Shown here: positions 43,285 to 54,500 of the stretch, in pieces
Layout of the letters: every line of letters begins with the position of its first letter
Numbering within the stretch: position 1 is the first letter of the stretch
Source of the DNA: Coleofasciculus chthonoplastes F2-STO-03
GTDB lineage: Bacteria; Cyanobacteriota; Cyanobacteriia; Cyanobacteriales; Coleofasciculaceae
NCBI GenBank assembly: GCA_040222015.1
Contig: JAVJWO010000067.1
Location: 1-64,000 of the forward strand
Reading direction: 5' to 3'
DNA length: 64,000 nucleotides
Position numbers and translations under genes: made by a program
The notes under the pieces: generated by a model
Databases searched by the model: none
What the model saw: the letters and a program-made list of their open reading frames with translations, nothing else
Told to the model about the DNA's origin: nothing

Positions 43285-43624
43285 AACCCGTGAATGTAGA
43301 TGAACCCGTGAATTAAGATTCAGTCGAAAGAGAAATTGTAATACATGTTGGACAAGATTGGCTACACCCATAGAGCCAATCTTTTACTTTTTGAGAAGCA
43401 TTTTGGGCGAGGGCGGATGGGGAAGCAATGTAGAGACGTGCCATGGCACGTCTGGAAGCGGAGGAAGATGGGGGAGATGGGGAATGGATTTCCTAATCAA
43501 CAAAGGACGAATGACGAATGACAAATGACAAATGACGAACATTTCTGTTAATTTTTCGTAACGTATTAGTGATCCCAAATATTTTATAAAGCTACACTTA
43601 AATTATACGGTTAAGAAAAAAGTT

Positions 43625-46060
43625 ATGCTGACCTCAACCCCTCAGACATCTACCCCAGTCCCTAAAGATAAATCATTGATCCTCTGGTTTGATCAAATCC
43701 GATTGAATGATCTACCCTTGGTTGGCGGCAAAAATTCCTCTCTGGGTGAAATGATTGGACAACTCACTCCCCAGGGAATCAATGTTCCTACTGGGTTTGC
43801 GATTACGGCGTATGCGTATCGTTACTTGATCGAAAGTGCCGATTTAGAAGTCAAACTGCGCCACCTATTTGCAGATTTGAATGTGGATGATGTGAGTAAT
43901 CTGCAACAGCATGGCAAAAAAGCGCGACAGTTAATCCTCAGCATGGAGTTTCCCCTAGAACTGACCCAAGCAATTCGGACAGCATATCATGAATTGTGCG
44001 ATCGCTATGGGGAGGGAACGGATGTAGCTGTTCGTTCCTCTGCGACGGCGGAAGACTTGCCAGATGCAAGTTTTGCAGGTCAACAGGAAACCTATTTAAA
44101 TGTAAATAGTTTCAAAGGCGTGCTGGAATTTACCCATAAATGCTTCGCCTCCCTGTTTACCAACCGCGCCATTGCTTATCGGGAACATAACGGATTTGAC
44201 CACTTTGATGTGGCACTTTCGGTGGGAATTCAGAAAATGGTGCGGTCTGATTTAGCCTGTTCAGGGGTGATGTTTTCCATTGACCCCGAAACTGGATTCA
44301 AAAATACCGCATTAATTACCGCCGCTTATGGCTTGGGCGAAACGGTGGTTCAAGGTGCGGTTAATCCCGATGAATACGTAGTCTTTAAACCCACCTTAAA
44401 ACAAGGAAGTCGCCCGATTCTGGAGAAACGCCTGGGAACCAAAGAAATTGAAATGATATACGACGAAGGGGGTTCCAGACTAACACGCAACGTGCGAGTC
44501 GCCCCCTGTGACCAAAAGAAATTCTGCCTTAAAGATGAAGAAGTCTTACAATTAGCACGTTGGGCGGTACAAATTGAAGACCATTATTCCCAACTTCGGG
44601 GACTCTATACTCCCATGGATATTGAATGGGCAAAAGATGGGATAACCGGGGAGTTATTTATTGTCCAGGCGCGTCCGGAAACCGTACAATCTCAGAAATC
44701 AGCACAAGTTCTCAAAACCTATCAGTTGAATGAACGCAGCGAAGTATTAGTTACAGGGCGTAGTGTAGGCGCAGCAATTGGTCAAGGAACTGCCCATATT
44801 ATTATGGATGCGTCTCACATTCATCTGTTTGAGCCGGGAGAAGTATTAGTTACCAACCGCACTGATCCCGACTGGGAACCGATTATGAAAAAAGCCAGCG
44901 CCATTGTCACCAACCAAGGGGGACGGACGTGCCATGCAGCAATTATTGCACGAGAAATGGGAATTCCAGCAATTGTTGGCTGTGGAAATGCAACGGAGGT
45001 ATTAACCACGGGTCAAGCGGTGACAATTTCCTGTGCGGAAGGGGATGAAGGACGAGTTTATGATGGATTATTGCCTTTTGAAGTGCAAGAAACTCCCCTG
45101 GATAATTTACCCCGCACCCGAACCCAAATTTTAATGAATGTAGGTAATCCAGATCAGGCTTTTGGTTTAGCCGCAATTCCCTGTGATGGTGTGGGTTTAG
45201 CACGGTTGGAGTTTATTATTGCCAATCATATTGAAGTTCATCCTCTGGCGTTGATTCATTATCATGAATTGCGGGATGAATCGGTGAAAGCAAAAATCAC
45301 TCAAAAGACCAATAGTTATGCTGATAAACCTCAGTTCTTTGTCGATAAATTGGCGCGGGGAGTGGGGATGATTGCGGCGGCGTTTTATCCTAAGCCTGTG
45401 ATTGTGCGGATGTCGGATTTTAAGAGTAATGAATACGCGAACCTTTTAGGGGGTCAAGAGTTTGAACCCAAGGAAGATAATCCCATGCTGGGATGGCGAG
45501 GGGCGTCGCGGTATTGTGATCCGAAGTATCGGGAAGCCTTCGCTTTGGAATGTCAGGCGATACAGCGGGTAAGGGATGAGATGGGGTTAACTAATATCAT
45601 TCCGATGATTCCCTTCTGTCGCACTCCTGATGAAGGGCGTCAGGTGGTAGCGGAGATGGCGAAAAATGGTTTACCGCGTGGGGTGAATGGGTTGCAGGTG
45701 TATGTAATGTGTGAGTTACCCAGTAATGTGATGGAGGCGGATGAGTTTGCTGAAGTGTTTGATGGGTTTTCCATTGGGTCAAATGATTTGACGCAATTGA
45801 CGTTAGGATTAGACCGAGATTCGGCGTTAGTGGCGCATATTTTTGACGAACGCAATCGCGGTGTAAAACGGATGGTGAAGTTGGCGATACAAACAGCGAA
45901 AGAGTGTGGGCGTAAGATTGGTATTTGCGGTCAAGCGCCTAGCGATTATCCGGAGTTTGCCAAGTTTTTGGTGGAGGAAGGGATTGATTCAATGAGTTTG
46001 AATCCCGATTCAGTGTTAAAAACGCTGTTGATGGTGGCTGAGGTAGAAAGTCATTTGTAG
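43625..46060 (+). CDS. ppsA: Phosphoenolpyruvate synthase
   Basis: VGGKN, AVRSSATAEDLPDASFAGQQET, GGRTCHAAI, GSNDLTQ and ICGQAPSD motifs. Confidence 0.97.
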   Translation: MLTSTPQTSTPVPKDKSLILWFDQIRLNDLPLVGGKNSSLGEMIGQLTPQGINVPTGFAITAYAYRYLIESADLEVKLRHLFADLNVDDVSNLQQHGKKARQLILSMEFPLELTQAIRTAYHELCDRYGEGTDVAVRSSATAEDLPDASFAGQQETYLNVNSFKGVLEFTHKCFASLFTNRAIAYREHNGFDHFDVALSVGIQKMVRSDLACSGVMFSIDPETGFKNTALITAAYGLGETVVQGAVNPDEYVVFKPTLKQGSRPILEKRLGTKEIEMIYDEGGSRLTRNVRVAPCDQKKFCLKDEEVLQLARWAVQIEDHYSQLRGLYTPMDIEWAKDGITGELFIVQARPETVQSQKSAQVLKTYQLNERSEVLVTGRSVGAAIGQGTAHIIMDASHIHLFEPGEVLVTNRTDPDWEPIMKKASAIVTNQGGRTCHAAIIAREMGIPAIVGCGNATEVLTTGQAVTISCAEGDEGRVYDGLLPFEVQETPLDNLPRTRTQILMNVGNPDQAFGLAAIPCDGVGLARLEFIIANHIEVHPLALIHYHELRDESVKAKITQKTNSYADKPQFFVDKLARGVGMIAAAFYPKPVIVRMSDFKSNEYANLLGGQEFEPKEDNPMLGWRGASRYCDPKYREAFALECQAIQRVRDEMGLTNIIPMIPFCRTPDEGRQVVAEMAKNGLPRGVNGLQVYVMCELPSNVMEADEFAEVFDGFSIGSNDLTQLTLGLDRDSALVAHIFDERNRGVKRMVKLAIQTAKECGRKIGICGQAPSDYPEFAKFLVEEGIDSMSLNPDSVLKTLLMVAEVESHL

Positions 46061-46108
46061 GGTGAATTTGTAGGGTGCGTTAGCGCAGCGTAACGCACCG
46101 CACCGACT

Positions 46109-46297
46109 GTGGGGGAATCAACGGAGGTGCAACAATCTAACCGGAATAGTCGCCAAGAAGTTACAGGGAATAAGCCAAATAAATTTGTTGAAGCTCAATG
46201 TTGGTATAAAGATGCCAATGGTACGATTATTCTTACCGCAGAACCAACGGTTGTGACACCCCACGAAACGGGTTCGCCATCGTTCACCTGTCAATAG
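46109..46297 (+). pseudogene. Orphan C-terminal tail of a TpsA/FHA-like gene
   Basis: VEAQCWYKDANGTIILTAEPTVVTPH matches IEAQGWYRDAKGTVILTAEPTRVTPH at the end of the 55927-51524 protein. Confidence 0.8.
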
Positions 46298-46556
46298 TTA
46301 AATGGTTCGTGAAACCTTACCGAAATTGAATGTGGTTGACTTAAGTGAGGTTCGTAGTTGCGATGCGAGCGTTATAAATGGTGCGTTACGCTCCGCTAAC
46401 GCACCCTACAATTGTCTGAGGTGTTTGTAGTAAGGGCTTTAGCACTTGTGATCAACATAAATCTCAAAGGTTTAATGAGATGAAACGCCTAGTATCCTTA
46501 TGTGTAAATAAAATATCAAAGGGCTGTGTTCCTCAGAAGTTTAATGGGTTAGCTAA

Positions 46557-49289
46557 ATGAGAAATTTATGCCTTTCTCGAATCGTGCGATCGCTCAGGCT
46601 TGTAGTCAGCGCTTCAGCGCTTATGGCACTAAAGTGCCTACTACGAACGGCGCGATCGCTCCTCTTGGCTCTGTTAGGATTAAGCTTAAGTCTGGGTATC
46701 CATACAATACCTCTAGTAAGGGCAGAACTCCCTACCACCACCGAGACTCCCGCCTTAGTCCAAGTCGGCAAAAATTACTATGATACAGGAAAATTTACTA
46801 AAGCTGTACAAATTTTACAACAAGCAGCACAGGGGTATGCTGAGACGGGGAATACCCTCCAGCAAGCTCAAGTATTAAGCCTGTTGTCATTAACGTATCA
46901 GAAACTGGGACAGTGGCAGGCGGCTGAACAAGCAATTCAAATCAGTTTGTCTTTACTCGACACTGTACCTCAAGCTAACCCAAGGGTTCGCGCTCAAGTA
47001 TTCAATGCTCAAGGGCGTCTCCAATTAGCCACAGGCAACGCTGAAGCGGCTTTAGCTACCTGGGAACAGGCAGAAACTCTCTATCAGCAAGCGGGTGATC
47101 TGATAGGAGCAATTGGCAGTCAAATTAATCAAACTGAGGCAATGCAATCACTGGGATTATATCGACGAACTAAGCAACTTTATCAACGGCTAGAACAAGC
47201 TATTTTTAAATTAAATGATTCACCCGTTAAGGTAACTGGGTTACAAAATTTCGGGGCGATTTTGCGACAAGGGGGAAATTTAGCAAAATCTCAAGACATT
47301 CTCAGTCAAGGTTTAGCTTTAACTCAAGCCTTAGGCTTACCGCAACAGGAAAGTAAAATATTGCTAAGTTTAGGGAATACAGAGCAAACCTTAGCCCAAC
47401 GCGCTAAAGTGTTTGAGAATTCCTCAGGCGAAGACTATATCCAAGCTGCCCTGACTCATTATCAACAGGCGGCAAGGAAAGCCACGCTTCCGTTAACCCG
47501 AATTCAAGCTAAACTGAATCAATTGAATTTATTGATTGAGACTGATTCTCTATTACCGGAGCAAGAATTATTATCCTCAATCTCAACCGGATTATCCACT
47601 TTACCCACAAGTAGGGCTTCTGTCTATGCTCATGTTAACTTCGCTGAAAGTTTGCTCAAGATGTCAGAAATAATGGCACATAAGCAAGGCATTAATGATA
47701 GTGTGGCAATCTTAAATACAGCGATTCAACAAGCTGAAAAGTTAGAAGATAAACGGGCGACATCGTATAGTTTGGGTACTTTAGGTAAGCTCTATGAAAA
47801 AAATCAAGATTGGACAAATGCCAAAACTGTGACCGAAAATGCACTCCTAATTGCTCAACAGATGAACGCGGCAGATATTGCCTATCAATGGCAATGGCAA
47901 ATGGGGCGATTACTGCAAGCCCAAATCCAAGAGAGTTCTCAAAATCTGCCTGTTAATCCAGACGCGATCGCATACTATAATGAAGCGGTTAAGACACTCA
48001 ACAGTTTACGTGGTGATTTAGTCGCCCTCAATCCTGAAATACAGTTTTCCTTCCGAGAAACTGTCGAACCCGTTTATCGGCAATTCGTGGATTTACTCCT
48101 GCGTTCTCCCACTCCCAGCAAAAAACATCTGATCCAAGCCCGTAATATCATGGAAGCCTTGCAACTGGCTGAATTGGATAACTTCTTTCGGGATGCTTGT
48201 GCCACACCAGCAGCCGTGAATATTGATAACGTCGATCCTCAATCCGCGATCGTTTATCCGATTATATTACCTAATCGCTTGGACATCATTCTTAAATTAC
48301 CTGGACAAGATAACCTGCGCCACTATGCTCATCAAGGTATCTCAGAAAATCAAGTTGATCAAGCCGTGGAAAAATTGCGCCAAGATTTAACTAAACGCAG
48401 TACAAGTATCAGTGAAATTAAACAGGATGCAGCCCAACTTTATGATTGGTTAATTCGCCCCTTTGAAGCTGATTTAGATGCAGCCAACTCAGATAACCCC
48501 GCCGTTAAAACCTTAGTCTTTGTCCTCGATGGTTCCTTACGCAATATTCCCCCTTCTACTCTCTATGACGGAGAAAATTATTTAATTGAGCGGTATGCAG
48601 TGGCGTTAACACCCGGTTTACAACTCCTAGAACCCAAACCCCTGAAACGCGAGAATTTCCGGGGGCTGATTGCGGGAACACCCAATGCACCAAGCTTTGA
48701 AGCAGAAGGATTTTCTCCCTTAGATAATGTTGCTGATGAGTTAGCCGGAATCCAAGAACAAATCAACCTGAATCAACTTTTAGAAAATCATGAATTTGAA
48801 CAAGAAAATATCCGCAATCAGATTAATCAGGAACCCTTTAATCTAGTACATATTGCCACCCACGGCAAATTTAGTTCCAATCCCCAAAAAACCTTTATTT
48901 TAGACTGGAGTGGGCGAATTAATGTTCAGGATTTAGATGATTTATTACGCGCCAATGAACCCAATCGTACCACTGCGATTGAATTACTGGTTTTGAGTGC
49001 TTGCGAGACAGCTACTGGGGATAAGCGTGCGGCATTGGGATTAGCTGGAATTGCGGTGCGAGCGGGCGCCCGCAGTACAGTGGCGACATTATGGCAAGTA
49101 AACGACGCATCCACCGCCGAATTTATGCAACGGTTTTACGAACAGTTAAAAGAGCCTCAACTCAGTAAAGCTGAAGCGCTGCGGCAAACTCAAATTGCTT
49201 TCTTAAGGGAGTACCCAGATGATCCAGATAAAGATTACCTACGCCCTTATCACTGGGCGCCTTTTATTCTGATTGGGAATTGGTTATAG
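46557..49289 (+). CDS. Exported TPR-CHAT (caspase-like) protease
   Basis: Signal-like N-terminus, TPR repeats, AYQWQWQMGR, LQLAELDNFF, HIATHGKF, LVLSACETA, HWAPFILIGNWL. Confidence 0.92.
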   Translation: MRNLCLSRIVRSLRLVVSASALMALKCLLRTARSLLLALLGLSLSLGIHTIPLVRAELPTTTETPALVQVGKNYYDTGKFTKAVQILQQAAQGYAETGNTLQQAQVLSLLSLTYQKLGQWQAAEQAIQISLSLLDTVPQANPRVRAQVFNAQGRLQLATGNAEAALATWEQAETLYQQAGDLIGAIGSQINQTEAMQSLGLYRRTKQLYQRLEQAIFKLNDSPVKVTGLQNFGAILRQGGNLAKSQDILSQGLALTQALGLPQQESKILLSLGNTEQTLAQRAKVFENSSGEDYIQAALTHYQQAARKATLPLTRIQAKLNQLNLLIETDSLLPEQELLSSISTGLSTLPTSRASVYAHVNFAESLLKMSEIMAHKQGINDSVAILNTAIQQAEKLEDKRATSYSLGTLGKLYEKNQDWTNAKTVTENALLIAQQMNAADIAYQWQWQMGRLLQAQIQESSQNLPVNPDAIAYYNEAVKTLNSLRGDLVALNPEIQFSFRETVEPVYRQFVDLLLRSPTPSKKHLIQARNIMEALQLAELDNFFRDACATPAAVNIDNVDPQSAIVYPIILPNRLDIILKLPGQDNLRHYAHQGISENQVDQAVEKLRQDLTKRSTSISEIKQDAAQLYDWLIRPFEADLDAANSDNPAVKTLVFVLDGSLRNIPPSTLYDGENYLIERYAVALTPGLQLLEPKPLKRENFRGLIAGTPNAPSFEAEGFSPLDNVADELAGIQEQINLNQLLENHEFEQENIRNQINQEPFNLVHIATHGKFSSNPQKTFILDWSGRINVQDLDDLLRANEPNRTTAIELLVLSACETATGDKRAALGLAGIAVRAGARSTVATLWQVNDASTAEFMQRFYEQLKEPQLSKAEALRQTQIAFLREYPDDPDKDYLRPYHWAPFILIGNWL

Positions 49290-50106
49290 CCTCATCCACT
49301 ATAACACTGCCAATAATGGGTTCTTGCTTAATTTCTGTTAACCCAATTCGTTTATCCCCTAAAAGTTCCAGCCAGATACTTTCTAATGTGGCATCTTCAG
49401 GGTATTTCAAACGTAATTGAGCCAATTGTGTAAGCATATCGTACCACATATCATGACGGGCATAAGCGGCGACTCGTTCTAGGGAATTTTTTGCCTGATT
49501 TAATGCCGCCTCAAGTTCAGGAGGGTGGGAAACTCGTCGCACAAATCCTGTTAGTGATGCTGGCGTCAGTCGAGGTGTTGATTCCTGAGATTGTCTTGCA
49601 CGAGGACAACTTATTTCAAAATACCAGCGATAGGTTTTATCTATTTCTAACGGCGTTTCTGTTTTGGGAATAGTGACACTAACAATTCCGGGTGTGGCTG
49701 GCAGTTTAAAGGTGGTGCGATAAATATCATTTTCCCCCTGTTGGATAGAAAATTCTCCAGAGGATACTTTGTCTGAACTGTAGGGAACATAAATCCAAAA
49801 GGTGGGATGTTCACTCACGGTTAATTGAAAGTTTTTGCCACCTGCCATGCGCGTCAGCAGCCGATCTCCTTCCTGGTATTCACAGTCACCACGAGTACCT
49901 GTTCCATTGTCGGTTTGAGGAGTACCACCACCAGTATCATCAGGTAAATTAGGCAGGAGAGAGGGAATCGAGATTCGCTCAAAAATCGTATTCGAGGGTT
50001 GAACCTGTGCCGTCACTGGGGCAATAGTAGTCATTAAACTAATAATAATGCCAAGGGCTAGTACGGGTTGACGACGAGGGAGAAACATCACGTTTAAAAT
50101 GTTCAT
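49264..50106 (-). CDS. DUF928 domain protein (exported)
   Basis: Signal peptide (VTA-Q), GTGTRGDC, HPTFWIYVPY, YRWYFEISC and MWYD; overlaps the CHAT gene 3' end by 26 bp. Confidence 0.9.
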   Translation of the reverse strand: MNILNVMFLPRRQPVLALGIIISLMTTIAPVTAQVQPSNTIFERISIPSLLPNLPDDTGGGTPQTDNGTGTRGDCEYQEGDRLLTRMAGGKNFQLTVSEHPTFWIYVPYSSDKVSSGEFSIQQGENDIYRTTFKLPATPGIVSVTIPKTETPLEIDKTYRWYFEISCPRARQSQESTPRLTPASLTGFVRRVSHPPELEAALNQAKNSLERVAAYARHDMWYDMLTQLAQLRLKYPEDATLESIWLELLGDKRIGLTEIKQEPIIGSVIVDEAITNSQSE

Positions 50107-50183
50107 ATCTCACTTCATAAAAATACTATAGAATAAGTAGGTGGACACAATTAAAGTTAACGGTTGAGATTAGGGTAAGACTC

Positions 50184-51326
50184 TCATCGCTCAATCGCAT
50201 GTTGCACCATGGCTTTGTTGACTGGTGCGGATAGAGTTTGAAGGGTGTCAGGGTTGGTTGCCAAAAGTTTCTCTACTGTCGCGCTCAACAACCGGGAGCA
50301 AATTTGACGCCAAGCCTCAAGTTGTGCTGTATGTGCTTCCTGCTGGCACCAGTGTGCGATCGCAGATGACAAGTCTTCTAGTTGATCGGGTAAGGGTTGA
50401 ATGAACTCAGCTAAGTCAGCTAAGTCTTGTGGGGAGAAAAGCTGGCGTTTCTCATTTAACAGTTCAACAAAAGCGATAACATTTTGCTGCTCAAATAACT
50501 CAACAGCCTCTTGGACAAATTCCAGGGGCAAATCTAAACCTTCAGCAATCATCTCCACACTCAAACCCAACTTGATCAGGCGTAGTATAGCGGTTAACTT
50601 GGCTTTAAGTTCGCCTCGTTGTTCACCTCGTTGTTCACCTCGCTGTTCACCTCGTTGTTCACCTTCAGAAAACCCTTCTTGCTTGGCTTCCTGATACACT
50701 TTGGTTTGTTTGAGTTCACTTAATCCTAACATGGCTTCTATCTCCTTGCGGCTTTTTTGCGGTAATTTATAAACGATGATTGTTTCGATTAAGTCAATTA
50801 AGTCTCTTTTTGTGCTTGGATCAGCGATCTGGACTTGGGCTTGGTTGATTAACTGCCTTGCCACTGTCGGTGCTGTCTGTTGATTCTCGATCACTAGCTT
50901 AACAATGTTTACCCCCACCGAACCCGATGCGTCTGTTTCTAACTCGTCCAAGTAAATCCGTTGCACTCGACTGAAGAGTTCCCTAAATTGTAACGGTTGT
51001 TCTCGTTCAATTCGGCGACTGGGGTAAATAACTACAACCCGCCAGGGATGAGGGGGTTTGTATTGATTTAGAAAGATAAACAGTTCTGTAAATAAACGAT
51101 AGTATAAATTCTCATCGGGTTGGAACTGAACTTCGACGACGTAGAAGGGTTGGTTTGAGGTTTGGTTCTTGGGTAAAAATAAACCATCGAGTCGAAATGA
51201 GAGTTGTTTGATTTCACGGGAGGTGAATTCATACGTCGCCGCTTGTGCTGTGGATTGGTTAATCAGTTCAAAGAAGATACTGGGAAACTCTTTAAACAGG
51301 CTATAGAAGATGGTGTCAGTTTTCAC
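50184..51326 (-). CDS. Rpn family recombination-promoting nuclease/putative transposase (DUF2887-like) with C-terminal extension
   Basis: MKTDTIFYSLF, FRLDGLF, VEVQFQPD, LKQTKVYQEA, (GEQR)4; AGGAG RBS before GTG. Confidence 0.88.
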   Translation of the reverse strand: MKTDTIFYSLFKEFPSIFFELINQSTAQAATYEFTSREIKQLSFRLDGLFLPKNQTSNQPFYVVEVQFQPDENLYYRLFTELFIFLNQYKPPHPWRVVVIYPSRRIEREQPLQFRELFSRVQRIYLDELETDASGSVGVNIVKLVIENQQTAPTVARQLINQAQVQIADPSTKRDLIDLIETIIVYKLPQKSRKEIEAMLGLSELKQTKVYQEAKQEGFSEGEQRGEQRGEQRGEQRGELKAKLTAILRLIKLGLSVEMIAEGLDLPLEFVQEAVELFEQQNVIAFVELLNEKRQLFSPQDLADLAEFIQPLPDQLEDLSSAIAHWCQQEAHTAQLEAWRQICSRLLSATVEKLLATNPDTLQTLSAPVNKAMVQHAIER

Positions 51327-51523
51327 ATTCTCCTGGGGTAAACGTCACAGAGTTGACAAGGGGTAGTATGGCAACCTCTGTGACTCAAAATTTCTATAGC
51401 GGCGATATTGACAAAATCAACAAGATATGAATAGAGACAATGAGAGGGAGAGTAGGTCAGAGGTGTTCGTGTAGGGTGTGTTAGCGAAGCGTAACGCACC
51501 TTTCCCACTGCGTAAGTCCTGTC

Positions 51524-54500
51524 TTATTCAGAGCAGTTTATTGAACTCAACCAATTTCCATGTGGCGTTACCCTTGTTGGTTCAGCGGTGAGAATTACAG
51601 TACCCTTGGCATCTCGATACCAACCTTGAGCCTCGATAATTCGCTTGGGTTGGTTGTCTGGGGTTTGTTGATGGACTTTCCCTTCCCCAGACGCGCCATG
51701 GCGCGTCTCTACATCCTGGGTAGGATTAGCAGTGGATTCACTCTCAGACTCAATCCGCCAATCTTCCCAAGTCGCCTCAGGGTTGAGGGGTTCATGGGGG
51801 GGTGTGGGTAAGCCGCCGCGCCCAGTGACAATAAAGCTGCTCCCTTGAGCCGCTTGACAAAGATTCTGTTCGACTAATCGGGTGACATCCACCAACTCCC
51901 CTGGTAATTCTACCAACCCTCTGGCGGGGTCAAGGGGTACATTTAGTTGTATTTCACCGGGAGCGCCACCAAACTGGGAACTGGCGTCAATGTCGTTGGT
52001 GCGATTTCCGGGAATGGCTCGACGTTCTTCAATGCCAAAGATACCTTCACCGTTGATAATAATCCGTCCCCCGTCGCCTCGTTCGGCATTGGCAATAATA
52101 TCACTACCGTTGACACCTTCTGGAGGCAGGGCAATCAGGAAGATACTGTTAATATTAATATTACCGCCATTAGCATCCTCGAAAGCTGTGGCAGAAATCA
52201 GGCTTTCATCGGTCATCAGCAGGGTGTTGAGGTTTTGCAGACGGATATTGGCACCGCCTTCAATCCCACTGGTACCGGTTTCTGCGGTGACTTGACCTTG
52301 GTTTAACTCTAGGGAATTTGCCCCGATAGTCAGGTTCCCGGCTTGTCCAGAGGGACTACTAACGGTGATTTGCGCCCCATCTTCTACCGATAGTCTCTGG
52401 GTGATGATATCTAAGTTTCCCGCTGGACCCCCTGTTGTTGCACTGGCGCGGATACCACTATCCCCGCTCAGTTGGATAAAGTCTTTGGCATCAATGCTTA
52501 CATCTCCCGCCCTGGTATCACTGCGGGTTTCGGCAGAAATTAGAGCGTCGTTGGTTACGGTTAAAGAGCCACTTAAAATTTCCACGCCCCGAGAATTCCC
52601 CTTAGCTTCCGGTTGCACTGTACTAAAAACACCACTGGGGAATCCTTGACTATCTTCCCCATCCAATAAGATGCTATCGGTTGCCCGAATTACTATCTTA
52701 CCGGCATTTCCTTCTCCCAATGTAGTGGCATCAATTCGAGCGCCATTGGTTAAGGCTAAAGAGCCACTTTCAATGTCCACGCCCCTAGAATTTCCCTTGG
52801 CTTCCGGTTGCACTGTACTAAAAACACCACTGATGTTTCCTTGACTATCTTCCCCATTCAATAAGATGCTATCGGTTGCCAAAATCACTATCTTACCTGC
52901 ATCTCCTTCTCCCAATGTAGTGGCAGAAATTCTAGCACCATTGGTTACACTTAAAGAGGCACTCTCAATGTTCACACCCCCAGAATTACCCTTGGCTCCC
53001 GGTGTCACTCCACTAAAAACACCACTGGGGAATCCTTGACTATCTTCTCCATCCAATAAGATGCTATCGGTTACCCGAATCACTACCTTACCTGCATCTC
53101 CTTCTCCCAATGTAGTGGCATCAATTACAGCGCCATTGGTTACACTTAAAAAGCTACTAAAAATTTCCACGCCCTCAGAATTACCCTTAGCTTCTTGCTC
53201 CACTTGACTTGTAACACCACTGGGGAATCCTTGACTATCTTCTCCATCCAAGAAGATGCTATCGGTTGCCCGAATTACTACCTTACCGGCATCTCCTTCT
53301 CCTCCAGTAGAGGCAGAAATTAGAGCGCCATTGGTTGTGCTTAAAGAGCCACTCTCAATGTTCACACCCCCAGAATTCCCCTTGGCTCCTAGTTGCACTG
53401 TACTAAAAACACCACTGGGTAATCCTTGACTATTTTTCCCGTCCAATAAAATGCTATCGGTTGCCAAAATCACTATCTTACCGGCATCTCCTTCTCCAAA
53501 TGTAGTGGCAGAAATTAGAGCGCCATTGGTTACACTTAAAGAGGCACTAAAAATTTCCACGCCATCAGAATTCCCCTCGGCTCCCGGTATCACTTGACTC
53601 GTAACACCACCAGCTAATCCTTGACTATCTTCTCCATCCAAGAAGATGCTATCGGTTGCCCGAATTACTACCTTACCTGCATCTCCTTCTCCTCCAGTAT
53701 TGGCAGAAATTAGAGCGCCGTTGGTTACACTTAAAGAGCCACTATAAATTTCCACGCCCTCAGAATTTCCTTTGGCTCCCGGTTGCACTGTACTAAAAAC
53801 ACCACCAGCTAATCCTTGACTATCTTCTCCATCTAAGAATATGCTATCGGTTGCCAAAATTACTATCTTACCGGCATCTCCTTCTGCAAATGTAGTGGCA
53901 TCAATTTGAGCGCCATTGGTTGCGCTTAAAGAGCCACTAAAAATTTCCACGCCCTCAGAATTCCCCTTAGCTTCCTGCTCCACTTGACTAAAAACACCAC
54001 TGGGGAATCCTTGACTATCTTCTCCATCCAATAAGATGCTATCGGTTGCCAAAATCACTATCTTACCGGCATCTCCTTCTCCAAAGCTAGTGGCATTAAT
54101 TTGAGCGCCATTGGTTACAGTTAAAGAGCCACTCTCAATGTTCACACCCCCAGAATTCCCCTTGGCTCCCGATGCCACTGTACTAAAAACACCACTGGGG
54201 AATCCTTGACTATCTTTCCCATCCAATAAAATGCTATCGGTAGCCCGAATTACTATCTTACCTGCATCTCCTTCTGCAAATGTAGTGGCATCAATTACAG
54301 CGCCGTTGATTGCACTTAAAGAGCCACTATCAATTTCCACGCCCCCAGAATTTCCGTTGGCTCCCGATGCCACGGCGCTAAAAACACCACTGGGGAATCC
54401 TTGACTATCTTTCCCATCCAATAAAATGCTATCGGTTGCCAAAATCACTATCTTACCTGCATCTCCTTCTTCAAAGGTAGTGGCATCAATTACAGCGCCG

